DNA of 64,000 bases from Peribolospora baueri. Its lineage: Eukaryota. Shown here piece after piece: positions 31,201 to 43,884 of the stretch (its first letter is position 1; each line of letters opens with the position of its first letter). The position numbers were made by a program, and so were the translations under genes. Below the pieces are notes generated by a model. That model worked only from the letters and a program-made list of their open reading frames with translations, was not told where the DNA came from and searched no databases. The stretch lies in the NCBI GenBank assembly GCA_029717555.1, contig JAMDHS010000073.1, positions 1 through 64,000 of the forward strand, read 5' to 3'.

Positions 31201-33934
31201 CATTTCAGACTCTACTCGTGCCCACGGGCATGAGGTGGCTGAGGGAGTGGCTCAGGGACGAGAACGAGGATTGGTTGGCGAGGCGGTGTGGCGAAGAGCT
31301 CTTCAGGGTGAGTGTAATGCTTTACTATCGAGGCACGCGACGACTTTCGGATCGTGAAGTCATTTCTGATCCGACGCTTAATTTTTGTTTCTACTTTCAT
31401 CTCGCACAGCGCGTCAACGTAGCTCCATTCCGTACGGGGGAGATGGATAAGGGCGAGATACCCAACGTACTTGCGGTCACGTGGGGTAACGGCGACATGC
31501 GCCGAGACGACATTTGCACCGTCTTCGTCGATGATGACGGCCGTGTGCGCGAGCACCGCAAGTTCCAGTCTTTCAACGCCCGACCGCCTGTCGTTGAAGA
31601 CGAGCGATCCCGGAGGAAGGCTGAGCAGATGGACGACCGAGCAGAGTTCCTCAAACTTCTCGAGAGTCGCAAGCCCGATGTCGTCGTGGTGGGTGGATTC
31701 AACATCAAGACACTCCACTTGGAGAACGCCGTGAGGGGCTTGGTGGATGAATACAACATGCGCATGTACACCGAAGCGCAGCTCACCGCTCAGGACAACA
31801 ACGAGGAGCCTCCTGATCGGACTAAGATGCAGGTGCCGATCGTCTACATGTACGACGACGTCGCGCGCATCTTTCAGAACAGCAAGCGCGCCGAAGAAGA
31901 GTTTCCCGAGCTCAAACCTCTCTTCCGGTACGCCATAGGGCTGGCGAGGTACGCTCAGAGCCCGCTCCAGGAGTTCGCAGCCCTCGGCAAGGATTTGACG
32001 GCCATCCGGTACGACAAGGACCAGAAGTTCCTGGCCAAGGACAAGCTCAAGCAAGCTCTCGAACGTGCCCTTGTCAACGTCACCAACGATGTCGGCGTCG
32101 ATATCAATCGCGCTGCCTCGAATACTTATTACCAACACTTGCTCCAGTACGTCAGCGGGTTGGGCCCGAGAAAGGCACAGAGCTTCATTACCCTCATACA
32201 TCGTCATGTAAGCTGCCCATCCTTTTAGCTTGCTTACCTTTTCTCACATCGACGTTACTCATCGTCTCTTCTCACTCGCCGCCTTTGTACGATTGTAGGG
32301 TGGCACGTTGATCTGCCGGGAGGATCTCGTCAGGGAGAACATTACCACGGCAGCCATCTTCATGAACGTCGCGGCGTTCCTGAGAATACCCCAGGAGATC
32401 CTCGACAAGTTGCCAGAGGACTCGCCCGTCGACCCGCTCGACGACACGCGCATCCATCTCGAGGACTACGCGTTTGCTCGAAAAATTGCTGCCGACGCAC
32501 TCGAGCTTGACGAGGAAGATATGATCAACAAGCACAGGTCTCAAGTTGTCCTCGATTTCATGAACGAAGAGGATCGCGCCAACAAACTTAGCGAGCTGAA
32601 CCTTGACGACTATGGCGACGTCCTCGAGGGTGCTGGACTCCGCAAGCGTCTGACGCTTGACCTTTGTAAGGGAGAGCTGCTCTATCCGTTTGTGGACAAG
32701 CGGGACGACTTTCGACCACTGAGTGCGGAGGAGAAGTTCACGATGATCACCGGCGAGGCTCCCAATACTCTTCGCAAAGGGTTCATTATCCCCGTCGTCG
32801 TCACAGGCGCTGACCGTACCGTGTTGTACGTCCGGACGGGTTCCGGCATTGAGGGCAAGATCAACACGGTGTATTTGACCGATGACGGCTACAACAACCC
32901 ACAAGATATGTATCGGAAAGGGCAACTCATCCAAGGTGTGGTGCTCGATGTGAACCGAGAGACGTTCTCTATCGAGCTTTCCCACCGGCCAATGGATCTC
33001 CAACATGGGGACCTACACGTGCGCGCTGTGCCCTTGGATCCATACTTTGATCGTGAAAGAGCCGAAAAAGACAGGGGCGACGCGACTAGGAGGCAGAAGA
33101 GCAAGGAGGCTCGTGCGGCTAGGGTGGTCAAGCACCCCAATTGGAGACCGTTCAAGTCAGGCCAGGCGGAGGAGCATCTCGCCAACCAGCCTAGGGGCGA
33201 CGTCGTCATCCGGCCCAGCTCCAAGGGCAACAACCACTTGGCAGTTACTTGGAAGGTCGCTGATGGCGTTTACCAGCATATCGGTGAGCCCGCGTCACTT
33301 CCGGCGCAGATGCTTTTCCTCGTACGATTGGTTGACGATTTCTTGCTCATACGGTTCCCCCCCCCCCCCAAAAAGACGTCGTCGAGCTCGACAAACCGAG
33401 CGAGTATGCTCTAGGTCGTGTGCTTCGAGTGGCGGGAAAGTACTCGTACTCGGACCTGGACGAGCTCATCGTGTCCCACATCAACGCCATGGCGAGGAAA
33501 GTGGAGGAAATGATGAACCACGAGAAGTACAAGGGTTCAACCGAACAGGAGCTCCGTGAGTTGTCGCACGCTATATCACCACACGGCATCCTGTGGGCTT
33601 TTCGACCACAGCCATGAGTGCTGACGACGTCGGAATCGCACCTTCCATGCTCCGCCATGCAGACAAGTACTTGACCAACTACTCCTTGGCCAATCCGACC
33701 AAGTCAAACTACGCCTTCGGTCTCGATCGCAAGCATCCCGGCTACTTCCTCTTGTGTTTCAAGGCTAACAAGGACAGCGCCATCCAAACATGGCCAGTCA
33801 AGGTCATCCCGGGCGCATTTCAGCTGTTCGAGACAGAGATCCCAGACGTGCCTAACCTGTGTAACGCGTTCAAGATGCGGTACATGGCCCAGTTCCACGC
33901 AACGGCAGATCATGCTGCGCTGCGACAAGTTTGA
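28228..33934 (+). CDS. SPT6: Transcription elongation factor / histone chaperone Spt6; multi-exon
   Basis: Acidic N-terminus, [20 protein letters not shown], YqgF and HhH segments ([10 protein letters not shown]), [10 protein letters not shown]1 domain, tandem SH2 ([26 protein letters not shown]). Stop at 33934 is preferred; AATAAA follows. Confidence 0.95.
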
Positions 33935-34228
33935 TTGTTCCCCTCTGTTAATACCCACTCTGTGGAATAAAACGCATCAGCTCGTGCAGCAAGGAGAGGG
34001 CTTCCCATTTCCGCAGCGATATCTCTTTGTACATACTAGGCCGAGTGATGCTAGGTGTGGCAGACGGAGAGCCGTGCCGACCAGCAGCTGCGGTGCGCCG
34101 GTGTCGGGATGATCGGGTAATCAGGTAATAGAACGCAGCCGGGACCTGCCGCAGTGCTTCCCACATGCACTCCTTCTCGCCAAGGCAGGGAGCGACCGTG
34201 AGTTACGCTCCGTCTCTTACCCGAAAAC

Positions 34229-36306
34229 ATGTCGAGTGCCCTGAGAGCTGTGCGGTGTTGCCTCTGTTCACAATCTAGCAGAGGCGGAGCTCGGTTGGCG
34301 AGCCGCACTGTCTCTCGCTCGCTGCTGAGCGCCAGGAGCAGTGTGAGAAGTGGGTCTGGAGCTGCCAACTTCGCGGAGCCTGTGTGGGATGCACGACGGT
34401 CTCTCGTTCGAAATTATGCTGCAAAGGTAAGGCCAGATGTATTTGCTTTCTGTGCTAGTTGCTGCCTTTTTGCTTACTATGGCTCTTGTTGTGGTTCATC
34501 CACTCGCCAGGCAAGCGTTACGCCAAGCTTCGGTTCGCCATCAGCAGTCTCCCGCCCCGGTCCGCCGGTCGAAGTGGAAGGCCGCACATACGCCCGAGAC
34601 GAATGGACAAATGCGACGCCTACGGTGCTCTCTAGAGTAGAGAGACGCTTGCATCTCCAACCTTCGCACCCTATCGGTATTTTGAGGGACCTCATCGAGT
34701 CCCACTTCTCCTCCTACACCCACCTCAACTCACTCTCCCCTATCGTGACGCCCAAGCAGAATTTTGACGACCTCGGCTTCTCCGCGGACCATCCTGGAAG
34801 GGCAAAGACAGACACGTACTATCTCAACGCGGATGCTATGCTTCGCACGCACACCTCGGCGCACGAAGTGGAGACCTTCGCCAAAGGAGAGGACGCATGG
34901 CTGCTTACGGCAGACGTGTACAGGCGGGACGAAATCGATTCGAGCCACTACCCCGTCTTCCATCAGATGGAGGGAGCTGAGATCTTCACTTCTGAGCAAA
35001 TAAAGGAGGAGCTTCCGAGAAGAAACGCCGAACTGGAAGAGAGACTGCGGACGGCAGACATTGTGATCGAGGACGAATCGAGCGGCGGGCAAGGCAATCC
35101 TTACCAGGTCGGACATCGTCCCGAAGACGCGGATGAGGTAGTTCGGCATTTGAAGAACAGCTTGAACTCTCTCGTGTTGGAGCTGTTCGGCGGCAGACAC
35201 CAAGCGGGCAGCGGCCATGAGGGCGCCGAGGGAACGAAGACGGAGCCGCTGAGGGTTCGGTGGATCGATGCCTACTTCCCTTTTACGAGCCCGAGCTACG
35301 AGGTTGAAGTTTTCTATCAGGGAAAGTGGCTCGAAATCCTCGGTTGTGGCGTTATTCAGCAAGCCACGCTTGACAGAGCTGGTGAGGCTATTGGTGGTTC
35401 ATTACCTTCTGATGGTCCGGCCTTCGCGTCGGGACGAGCTTAGCCGGCACCGCCAGCCTTGTTTCTGGATCATCAATTCGGGTCGCTCACGTCATCTCTC
35501 TCCCAAATGTTTTGTTGGAAGGTGTGCCGAAGAAGATGGGCTGGGCTTTCGGTCTAGGACTGGAACGAATCGCAATGGTACTCTTCTCCATCCCCGATAT
35601 CCGCCTCTTTTGGTCGCAAGATCCTCGCTTCCTCAGACAATTCTCCCAGCCCTCCACGGCTTCTCCCGCAACCCTAGCAGCAGCAGCTGCCAATCCTAAC
35701 CCAGCGCCCGGAGGACACGCCAAAAGTCGATCAAAGCCAGAGATAACGACGTTCAAGCCTTTCAGCGTCTTTCCTCCCTGTTACAAGGACGTCAGCTTCT
35801 GGGTTCCCGATGGCTTTCATGAAAACGACTTTTTCGAAGTCGTCAGGGATGTTGCCGGAGACTTGGCGGAGGAGACTAAGCTAGTGAGTGGACAGCTGAG
35901 TCCAGCGAAGCGCGATGTTTTCAATCCCTAACGCTGGGCGAGGTCGTAGAGAGAGCCAAGCCACTCACAGTCGCCTGAGCCGGCTGAGAAGAAAGCTCAC
36001 CGCCCGAGATGATCTTTTGCTCCGTCAATGCCACGTTTCATTGAAATCAGATCGACGAGTTTGTCCATCCAAAGACGCAGCGACGATCGCTCTGCTACCG
36101 GATCAACTACCGAGCCATGGACCGGTGAGCGACGCGGGTCTTGCCGCCAGTATGTGCCGGCACTTCCATGCTGACATTGCGGCTCGTGACTCTCTGCTCT
36201 CACCTTTCAACTCTCTTCCAGGAGCCTCGAGAACGAAGAGGTCAACGTACTGCAGAAGAATGTGCTCGACCGTCTGGTGGCGGAGATGGGCCTAGAGCTT
36301 CGTTGA
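34229..36306 (+). CDS. MSF1: Mitochondrial phenylalanyl-tRNA synthetase; multi-exon
   Basis: Arg/Ser-rich presequence, [56 protein letters not shown]-terminal anticodon-binding domain ending GLELR. Confidence 0.95.
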
Positions 36307-36659
36307 AGAAACGCGGACGTTCACGTGCCTCTTTGCTCAACGGCAAGTTTTGTTGTATTGGAAAGTAGACATCACTCTGGAATGTGTTGCATGAAGCAGC
36401 AGGAGCCACAGGAGAGATCTAGGGTCTTCTGAGACGTTCTGTTCTTCAATGTGGTGGGGGGGGGGACGACCGCGGGGAGTGCTTCAAGTTCTTTTACAAT
36501 GATACAAAGCACATTTGGCTCTAGAGTCCTGAACTATAAATGCACGGCAGTAATCGACAGCTTGGCACCGCACCCATCGTATCGTCTTTCCCAGCCAAAG
36601 CCAATGGACGGAGAAAGAGAGAAAGGACCCGCGCTTTTTAAGCGGTGTACGCGTCCAAC

Positions 36660-37623
36660 TCAGATGAGCAGCTTCTCGATAGCGAGCTGTTGAAAACGAA
36701 AGCGGAGTCGAAAAAGAGGCTATTAGCTCAGTCGGCCAGACGTCTTCAACTTGTCACAATAGCACAGCCCCGGTAACGCACCTTGATAGTCTGGATCTGG
36801 CTGGTAAGCTCGCGCGCCTCGCTAGTGGTCACGGAGGCAGCGATGACGGGGCGGGACACGCCGCACGCACGACCGAGGGCAGTCTTGGACGGGACGAAGA
36901 CGTAGGGAACGTTCTGCGCAAGGGACAGGCAGAGCGGCGAAGGGCAAACACGGAGGCAAGATCAATAAGGCGATGAAAAAGAAGAGGGAAGGAGAACGCG
37001 CAGAAATGAGAAGGAGATGAGATGCGCACCTTGTCCTCGCAAAGAAGGGGAAGGTGGAGCAAAATCTCGATCGGCTCAGTGTCAGCGGTCATGACGATGA
37101 ACTCGCAAATCTTATAGGCAAAAAGCAAACAAAAATGATAGCGAGGAATATTTTACGTGAGTTGCGATGTTCGTGAGGGGAGGAGCAGGCAGAAAGGAAA
37201 GACTGGACGGGATGACTTACACCGCGGTTCAGAGTCTTTGTGGCTACAATGAGCAAAGGTAATAGAGCAAGCATCGGCGGCGGTTAGATAGGAATCTACA
37301 GCTGGGCAACCAGACTGAAATACAAAAATGCCTAGACGCTCACCCTCGTTGGCTCCCTTCTTGAGCTGCTTGTAGTGGCTCGCCTGCTGGACCAGGTCGA
37401 GGATCTGTGAAATAGAGGGAAGAGAGAAGGACGTCGGTCAATCCGTAACCACGTGCGCGAGCCATATTGTAACGTGAGATCGAGACTGTATCTTGAAACA
37501 AGGCAGCAACAACACGATGGGCTTGACGCCTCTGTCTCTTCGCTCCATCTTCAACGTTCCGCTTACCTGGTTGGTCAGGTTGGCATCCGCCAGAGGGAAG
37601 GCCTTGGGGTTGGGAGCAGACAT
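36660..37623 (-). CDS. SNU13: Snu13/15.5K K-turn-binding snRNP/snoRNP protein; about 6 exons
   Basis: Spliced [99 protein letters not shown]...LAIEKLLI. Confidence 0.95.
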
Positions 37624-38105
37624 GTTGCAGGTCAACAAAGACACAAAGCAAATATGAGGGGTTGGGAGGGCAAAAGTTGGATGACCTCGCGGCTAAGGGT
37701 CCTTGGTCGATGGATGGAGGCTGGGAGTGTGGAAGAAAGACGAGTGTGAGCGGGCGAGGAGCAGCTCGTGCGTGAGTGAGTTAAGAAAGTGCTGCGGCCG
37801 ATTGGATGCGACCAGGCACATAAGTTAGGGTTACGCGAGTCCGGCTCAGTCGCTCCAGCCAACACCGCGAAACGGGGCGAAACGCCTATGCAAGGCCGTC
37901 TTCTTCTTGCGGCCACTCCTCTCCTTCTGGTGGACCGCTCGGTTGGTCCTACTTTTACATGTGCCTTCCCATGCAGTATTCACATCAAACGAAAGATGGT
38001 CCGCTCTTATCTCTGGCGAAATGGGCGTGCAAGCGATTCAATGTCTCCTATTCCAGCGACGATTGGATGTATACAACAAAGGCATGTACGAAAGACCAGA
38101 GTTCC

Positions 38106-38889
38106 TTAGCGCCCCTCGTCGCGCCCTGCGTAGAACTTCTCTAGGAAAGTTTGGGGTTTTGCTGTATGTCGTATAGGGTGCGAAAGGACGGAGCGAGGAA
38201 GGGGTCAGAAGACGCGTTAGGGGTATCGAAGTAAGCTTTAAACGTGCAAACTTACGTGGAGCCTGAATGCGAAGAAGCGTGTCCGATCCAACATAGGAAA
38301 GACGAGTGGTCAGCAAGAAAAATTGAATGAGGAGAGCAGCCACGACATCTGCCCCAGAGCGACACCGGCCTCCAAGCCGTTCTCTCTCCTATGGCACTTT
38401 GGGGCGTAACACAAACGCAGCAGCCGCACTCACATCCTCCTTAGCAAACATGTTCATGATGTGTGGAATCTGCTTCCAGGCGTTGAGCGTCTCCTGGTAC
38501 TCCTGCCGGCCCTTGAAGATGAGCCGGTCAATGACCCGCAAGTCGTCCACGTCCCGGTTCTTCTCGAACATCTCGCGGACCTTGCCGCGGATCGCGGAAG
38601 GAGGCACGTCGAGCGCGTAGAGGGAGCAGATCTCGGGAGCCTATGTGGAGAGAGAGAGAGAAGAAAGGAGCGTGTGAAACCTTTCAGCACGCCCTTTCTC
38701 CTTGATTCCACACAACTCCATGCAAACCCTGCAACGCATGGAAACGTCGACCGTAAGGAAACTGGACCGAGAGAGCTAACTCACCGCTCTATACCAATCC
38801 CGATACAGCGTCAGAGCCCTCGACCTGGCCTCGGCATGGTTCGCGGAGACGCGAGCGACTTGGGCGAGGCGGGATGGGATGGTGGTCAT
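38106..38889 (-). CDS. Complex I B14/NDUFA6 LYR-family subunit; 4 exons including a 7-nt micro-exon
   Basis: ALTLYRDWYRAAPEICSLYALD...GRQEYQETLNAWKQIPHIM...APPKPQTFLEKFYAGRDEGR after splicing. Confidence 0.9.
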
Positions 38890-39206
38890 GGTCGACAGTG
38901 CTGTGACGGAGGTGGACAAGAAGGGATTGGAGGGAGGAGAAGGGAGAGGAGGAGCAGCAGCTGCTGATATACCGTAGCAGATCGGCTGCTCTGTTATGGC
39001 TAGGCGGGATGTCTCTTGAGGTGGGATGGCGGCGACGTCGTCCGTTCGGAGACCGACGGTCGTGCGAATCGGGTCGGAGGCACGTGACTGACCGACTGCG
39101 GCCAGGTCGCGATGCGTGCAGGGCGCGTTCACCGGGGCGACCGTTGACCACAAGCAGTCCGCGACACGGTTAGGGCTAAGTAGCTCAACTTGCGTCGATC
39201 CCAGCG

Positions 39207-39798
39207 ATGGAGAACCCTCACGAAGAGAGGCAGAACATTCTGCTCACCCGCATAATAAAGGTAGGTGTGTCACTCTGCTCCTCCGGAAAGCTGGTTGGAG
39301 GAAACGGCCTATTTTGAGGCGCCGCGTCGCGCGTGCCACGATGGCAGCTCGCGGGAACGTCGTCCCTACCGCACTTCTCTTGCTGATCCTTTTCGCCCCC
39401 TCTCTTTTTTGGCCCTGCCTTGAAGAACGTTGATCTTCTCAACGATGCTCTTATAGAGCTCAACCGCTCTATCCACGAGATCAACGTGCATAACCAGGAC
39501 GTCACGCTCGTCAGCCAGATGTTCGCGAACTATTCCCGTTGAGTGTCGTCCGGACAACCGTATCCGTCTCGTCTCGTCTCGCGTCGTTCCCGCTCCTTTG
39601 TTCAGAAAGAAGAGGCGGGGATTGAGGAAAGGGTAAGGGGAAAAGGCTGACATGGCGTGTGATTGGCGCTCCCCGTTCGACCTTTGTCTTCCCTGTCAAT
39701 CCTCTTTACCGTGTTGAACAGGAAACACCCAGTTCAACCTCGCCGCCCTGGCACAAGACGAGGAGGAGCAGAGCAAGGCCGGCGGAGAGGCGCAATGA
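39207..39798 (+). CDS. DAD4: DASH/Dam1 kinetochore complex subunit Dad4 (exons 39207-39260, 39426-39537, 39722-39798)
   Basis: Spliced MENPHEERQNILLTRIIKNVDLLNDALIELNRSIHEINVHNQDVTLVSQMFANYSRNTQFNL; the MENPHE start is typical of Dad4. Not present in the ORF track. Confidence 0.88.
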
Positions 39799-40706
39799 GA
39801 AAGCGATGTTTTCCTGGGGGCGAAAGCGCGATGTTTGGACAAGTGCCGGCGGTTCGGATGAGGACGACGGCGGCAGCAGCGGTGGTGCAAGGTTTGCTGA
39901 ATCCGGAAGGCCTCCCTTCCCCAAGTCGCACCTTATTTCGATCATGGGTCCTCAAGCTCGGGTCTCAGCCTGCGCTTAGTCGGGCGAACAAGTTCGACAT
40001 AGGATCCACGGTCGAGCACTAGACGAGGCGACCGAGACGGTCTGACCAGCCTAACCGTGACCCGGACGGGAAGGGACTGGAGAATCGGACGACGGCGGGC
40101 ACGGCGCGGCGAGCCGATCCAACCGTCGGCCCATCGGCGCACACGAGCCCGGGTAAAGCCGGACGAGAAACGACGACATGTCTCCCTGCCTCCTCATCCA
40201 AACAGGCCCCACTCACCCTCGTCGTTCATCTCACCGACGCACGCTCAGCCGTGGGGCGGTCCTGGCCAAATTTGGACGATAGGTGGACAGGTCAAATCAA
40301 TCTTTACAAGCTCGCCCTTTAGATGTTATCGTCGGATGATAAGTTCAAAGACGACGCGTTGCATTCCAAGCCATGCGTCAAGTCCCGAGCGGCGTGCGAA
40401 TCAAGAGTGCGAAGAGATGGGCGCGGACGCGACGCTTAGAGCGTGCGTGCGACGGAGACGGCGCTCACATTCGTCGGATCTCAGAGCCGCAACGCTCTGT
40501 GAACCCTACGGACGACGATGATGACGAGTCGTGCCCGAGGGAGGAGCGAGGGGGGAGAGAGAACACGGAGAAGAACGATCGTCGTTTGTTTTAGACCTTT
40601 GAAACACATTGGACATGGCATCTTCGGGCGGAGGGAAGGGGGAGAGGATGTGCCTGAACTCGACTCGACTCGAGTCTGAATGAAGGAGAGGTTCGATCGG
40701 GGACGT

Positions 40707-42740
40707 TCACCTGCCGTACGTGCGGGGCGTGCCAGGGTTGTTGTCCAAGACCTCCTCGATCTTGGCCATCACCTCTGGCGTCAGCTTCTCTATGACGTTC
40801 AGCGCCCTCCGAGGAGAAAAAAAAAGAAGGAAGATAAGCTAGTCGGTCGGTGCGTGGGGTGTGTAGAACGGTGGGAGGACCCAAGGACTTGGGGATCGGA
40901 GAAGATACGCACTCGAGGTTCTGCGTGATCTGCTCCGGACGAGAGGCACCGAGGATGATTGAGGAGACATTCTGCGAAAGAAAAAGGAGGGGCAGATGAG
41001 GACAGACCCGAGAAGGATGGATGGGATGGAAGGGAACACGACTAGGGACGGGCCCCGCTCACCTCGTTCTTGGCGCACCAAGCGAGCGCGAGCGCGGCGC
41101 TGTTGGTGCCGAGCTCCTCGGCGATCTTTGCAATCTTCTGCACCTTTTCGATCTTTGCTTTGCCCTCGGGTGTCTCGAAGAGGGACTTGATAGTGTCCTG
41201 GAAGACGCTCTCGCTGGTCTTGAGCCGGCTGCCCTCAGGAATACCACTCGCTAGGAAAGAGTGGAGTGGAGGATGGCCGGTGATAAGCGATCCGACTTAA
41301 CCATTCGCGACTTGGCGGAACGAGTTGGACAAACGTCGTGTTGGGAAGGGAAAAGGCGGCCACCAGACCCGGGAAAGATTCGAGGGTGAGTACGCACCGT
41401 ACTTCCCGGTGAGGAGGCCGGACGCGAGGGGGCTCCAGATGGTGGTTCCGTACTTGTACTTCTTGAACAGGTGGTAGTACTCCTTCTCGAAGCGTTCGCG
41501 CGTCAGCATGTTGTACTGGGGCTGATCGGCGATAGGGGCGATCTGGGAGGCAGGACAAAACGAGTGAGATACGGGAGACCCAGCCCTTCGGACACGGTCA
41601 CAGCTTCCACCGTGTCGGGTCGAATGCTGAGCGTCGCGCCTTTTACCGTCGTCTCACTTACGAGGTTGTGCGCCTTGGCGATTCCCTGCGCTTCCTCGAT
41701 CTGCTGGGCGCTCCACTCGGAGGTACCCCAGTAGAAGGCCCAACCACGCTCGATGACGTGGTTGAAGGCGCGTACGACCTCGAGCATGGGCGTGGCCACA
41801 TCGGGGCGATGGGCGAAGACGACATCGACGTAGTCCAATCCTAGGCGCTCAAGCGAGGCCTGGAGGCCCTCGACGACGTGCTGTGAGGAGGGGCGAGCAA
41901 GAAGACGACGTGGTTTCAGGGCGGCGCGAGCTTGGATTGAGCGCAGAGGGCGTATGAGCTTACCTTGCGGCTGAGGCCAATCCCATTAGGCTCCTTGGAA
42001 CCTGAAGGGGGCATGCAAGCGAGCACATATGTTCAGCCTCGGAGAAAGAGGGTGGGCTCCCGTGCCGAGGCATGGACATCGGTCATCAGACCGCGTGCTC
42101 ACCCGTTCCGAAAAAGATCTTGGTGGAGATGACGACCTCGGAACGAGCCCAGCCGAGCTCCTTGATCACCCTGCCCATCTCCCTCTCCGATTCGCCTTTC
42201 GCGTACGTCTCGGCGCTGTGATTGGGTTGAGAGGAAATTAAGGGAGGACGATGATCGGTCGGCTTCTGGTGATCGAACCGCGTCCCAAACGCAGATCTGA
42301 CTGCAGGAAGATGCTCACGTGTCGAAGAAGTTGATGCCGGACTCGAAGGCGGTCTTCATGCACTCTGTCCGCGGAAAGCATGTCGGAATAGGGGTTGGAG
42401 AACGTCAGAGGGTTTGGCTTTCCGAGCGCACACGAGAGGGCGTCTGTGTGTGTGTCTTACCCTTGACCAGGTCGCCCTTGACCGAGCTGCCGTAGGTAAG
42501 CCACCCTCCACTTAGAGAGGTGAGAAGGAAGGAAGCGAAGGGGGTGAGCACGGTACAAACGACTGTCCGCTTGCCTGCTTTCCCCAAGGTAGCGGGGCGC
42601 TGTTGCACGCTCGAGCACGGCGCGGGGAGAGGAGATGAGGCGCAGACTCACAGGGAGAAGAGGGAGACGCGGAGACCAGAGTCTCCGAGGTTGCGGTAGA
42701 TCATGTTCTTGGGGTCGAAAGTGTAGTTGGACGTGGACAT
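40707..42740 (-). CDS. Aldo-keto reductase, Kv-beta-like (AKR6-type); many introns
   Basis: [54 protein letters not shown]; ends TYGR. Confidence 0.9.
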
Positions 42741-43884
42741 GGCGGCAATCGAGGCTAGTCTGGGAGGGGTGAAGCGAAGAGGGATTGAAGGCGTGGATGT
42801 TGAGGTGAGGGAGGCGAGGCGGCGAGGACGGATGTGGAGACGCTGTTTTACGTTTATATACGACGACATGCAAAGTCGATGTCTAGACGTGCGTCAGTCA
42901 GCCTTGCGCTGGCGGCAGCGCACACATTCGAGCCGGACCTTGGTGTCGGCCTTGGAAAATTGCGGGCGCAGCGTCCATCCGTGATATATCCGTGGCGGGC
43001 CGAGCGGAGGTAGTCAGCGTAACTTTCCCGTTCCTCCCGAGTTCGGCAACCGACCTTTGCTCCAGGGCCAAGCCGAGACGCGATAGCCGGCGCTAGAGAT
43101 CATGCAAGGACGGAGGGTGGAAGGGAGGGAGGGATAAGAAAGATGAATCCGACGGATAACAAATCGGCTTTGCAAGGTGGAGGTGGAGGCTCCTGATCTC
43201 TGTCGCCGTCGCCGTCGCCGTCCCCGATCGCAGGACTGAGATTACCTAAGCCGAGTTCTTCATCAGCCGCCCGGTGACCCCGATCCGCCTCCTAGCGTCC
43301 GGCGGGCGTGACGGTGTGGACGAGGGCATGCAAGCTCGGGGCCATAGGCGCCTTCGATGGGTGCGTCTCGTGGGTGACGGACGAAAGCGATGCGATCGAC
43401 CGACCGATCGGCACTTCCAAGTGGGTGAAGCGGATCGGCACTCCAGATTGGCGAAGCTGGAACGACGCCGGCGGCGCTGACGAAGACGGCGACGAGGTGG
43501 CCGTCGACGACGCGACGTTGGGAACACGAAGCTAACACAAAGTGGACGCAAGCTGACTAAGCTGGTACGAAAGCGTATCTGACCTTCACAATGTCATTCG
43601 GGGACAAGGAACGAGGCGTCGTTCCGCGCCGGCATTTCCTGCTTGCGGGCTTCTCTTTCTCTGGCTCGACCACCGTTCGCCGACTTGGATGGACACACAA
43701 GCAGCAAATGTGGTGAAGTTAAGTGCATGGGGCGCGTCGGCTGGTCGCGCTGTCTCTACTACATCCACACTCCCAGACGTTGAGGTCCACGTCGAAAGTC
43801 TGAAACAAAACTCGTCCACCCACCCACGGCGTTGGGCGGGTGAGGGCGATCCCCGACCGGCTGATCTTTCACTTCGTCCTCTAA

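Noticed and set aside
33912..34112. Alternative last exon for SPT6
   Set aside because: The unspliced frame ends sensibly at 33934 with AATAAA downstream; the alternative peptide is not Spt6-like.
37407..37566. K-turn or poison-exon autoregulatory element in SNU13 intron 1
   Set aside because: No clear C/D-like or tandem GA motif pair could be identified by eye.
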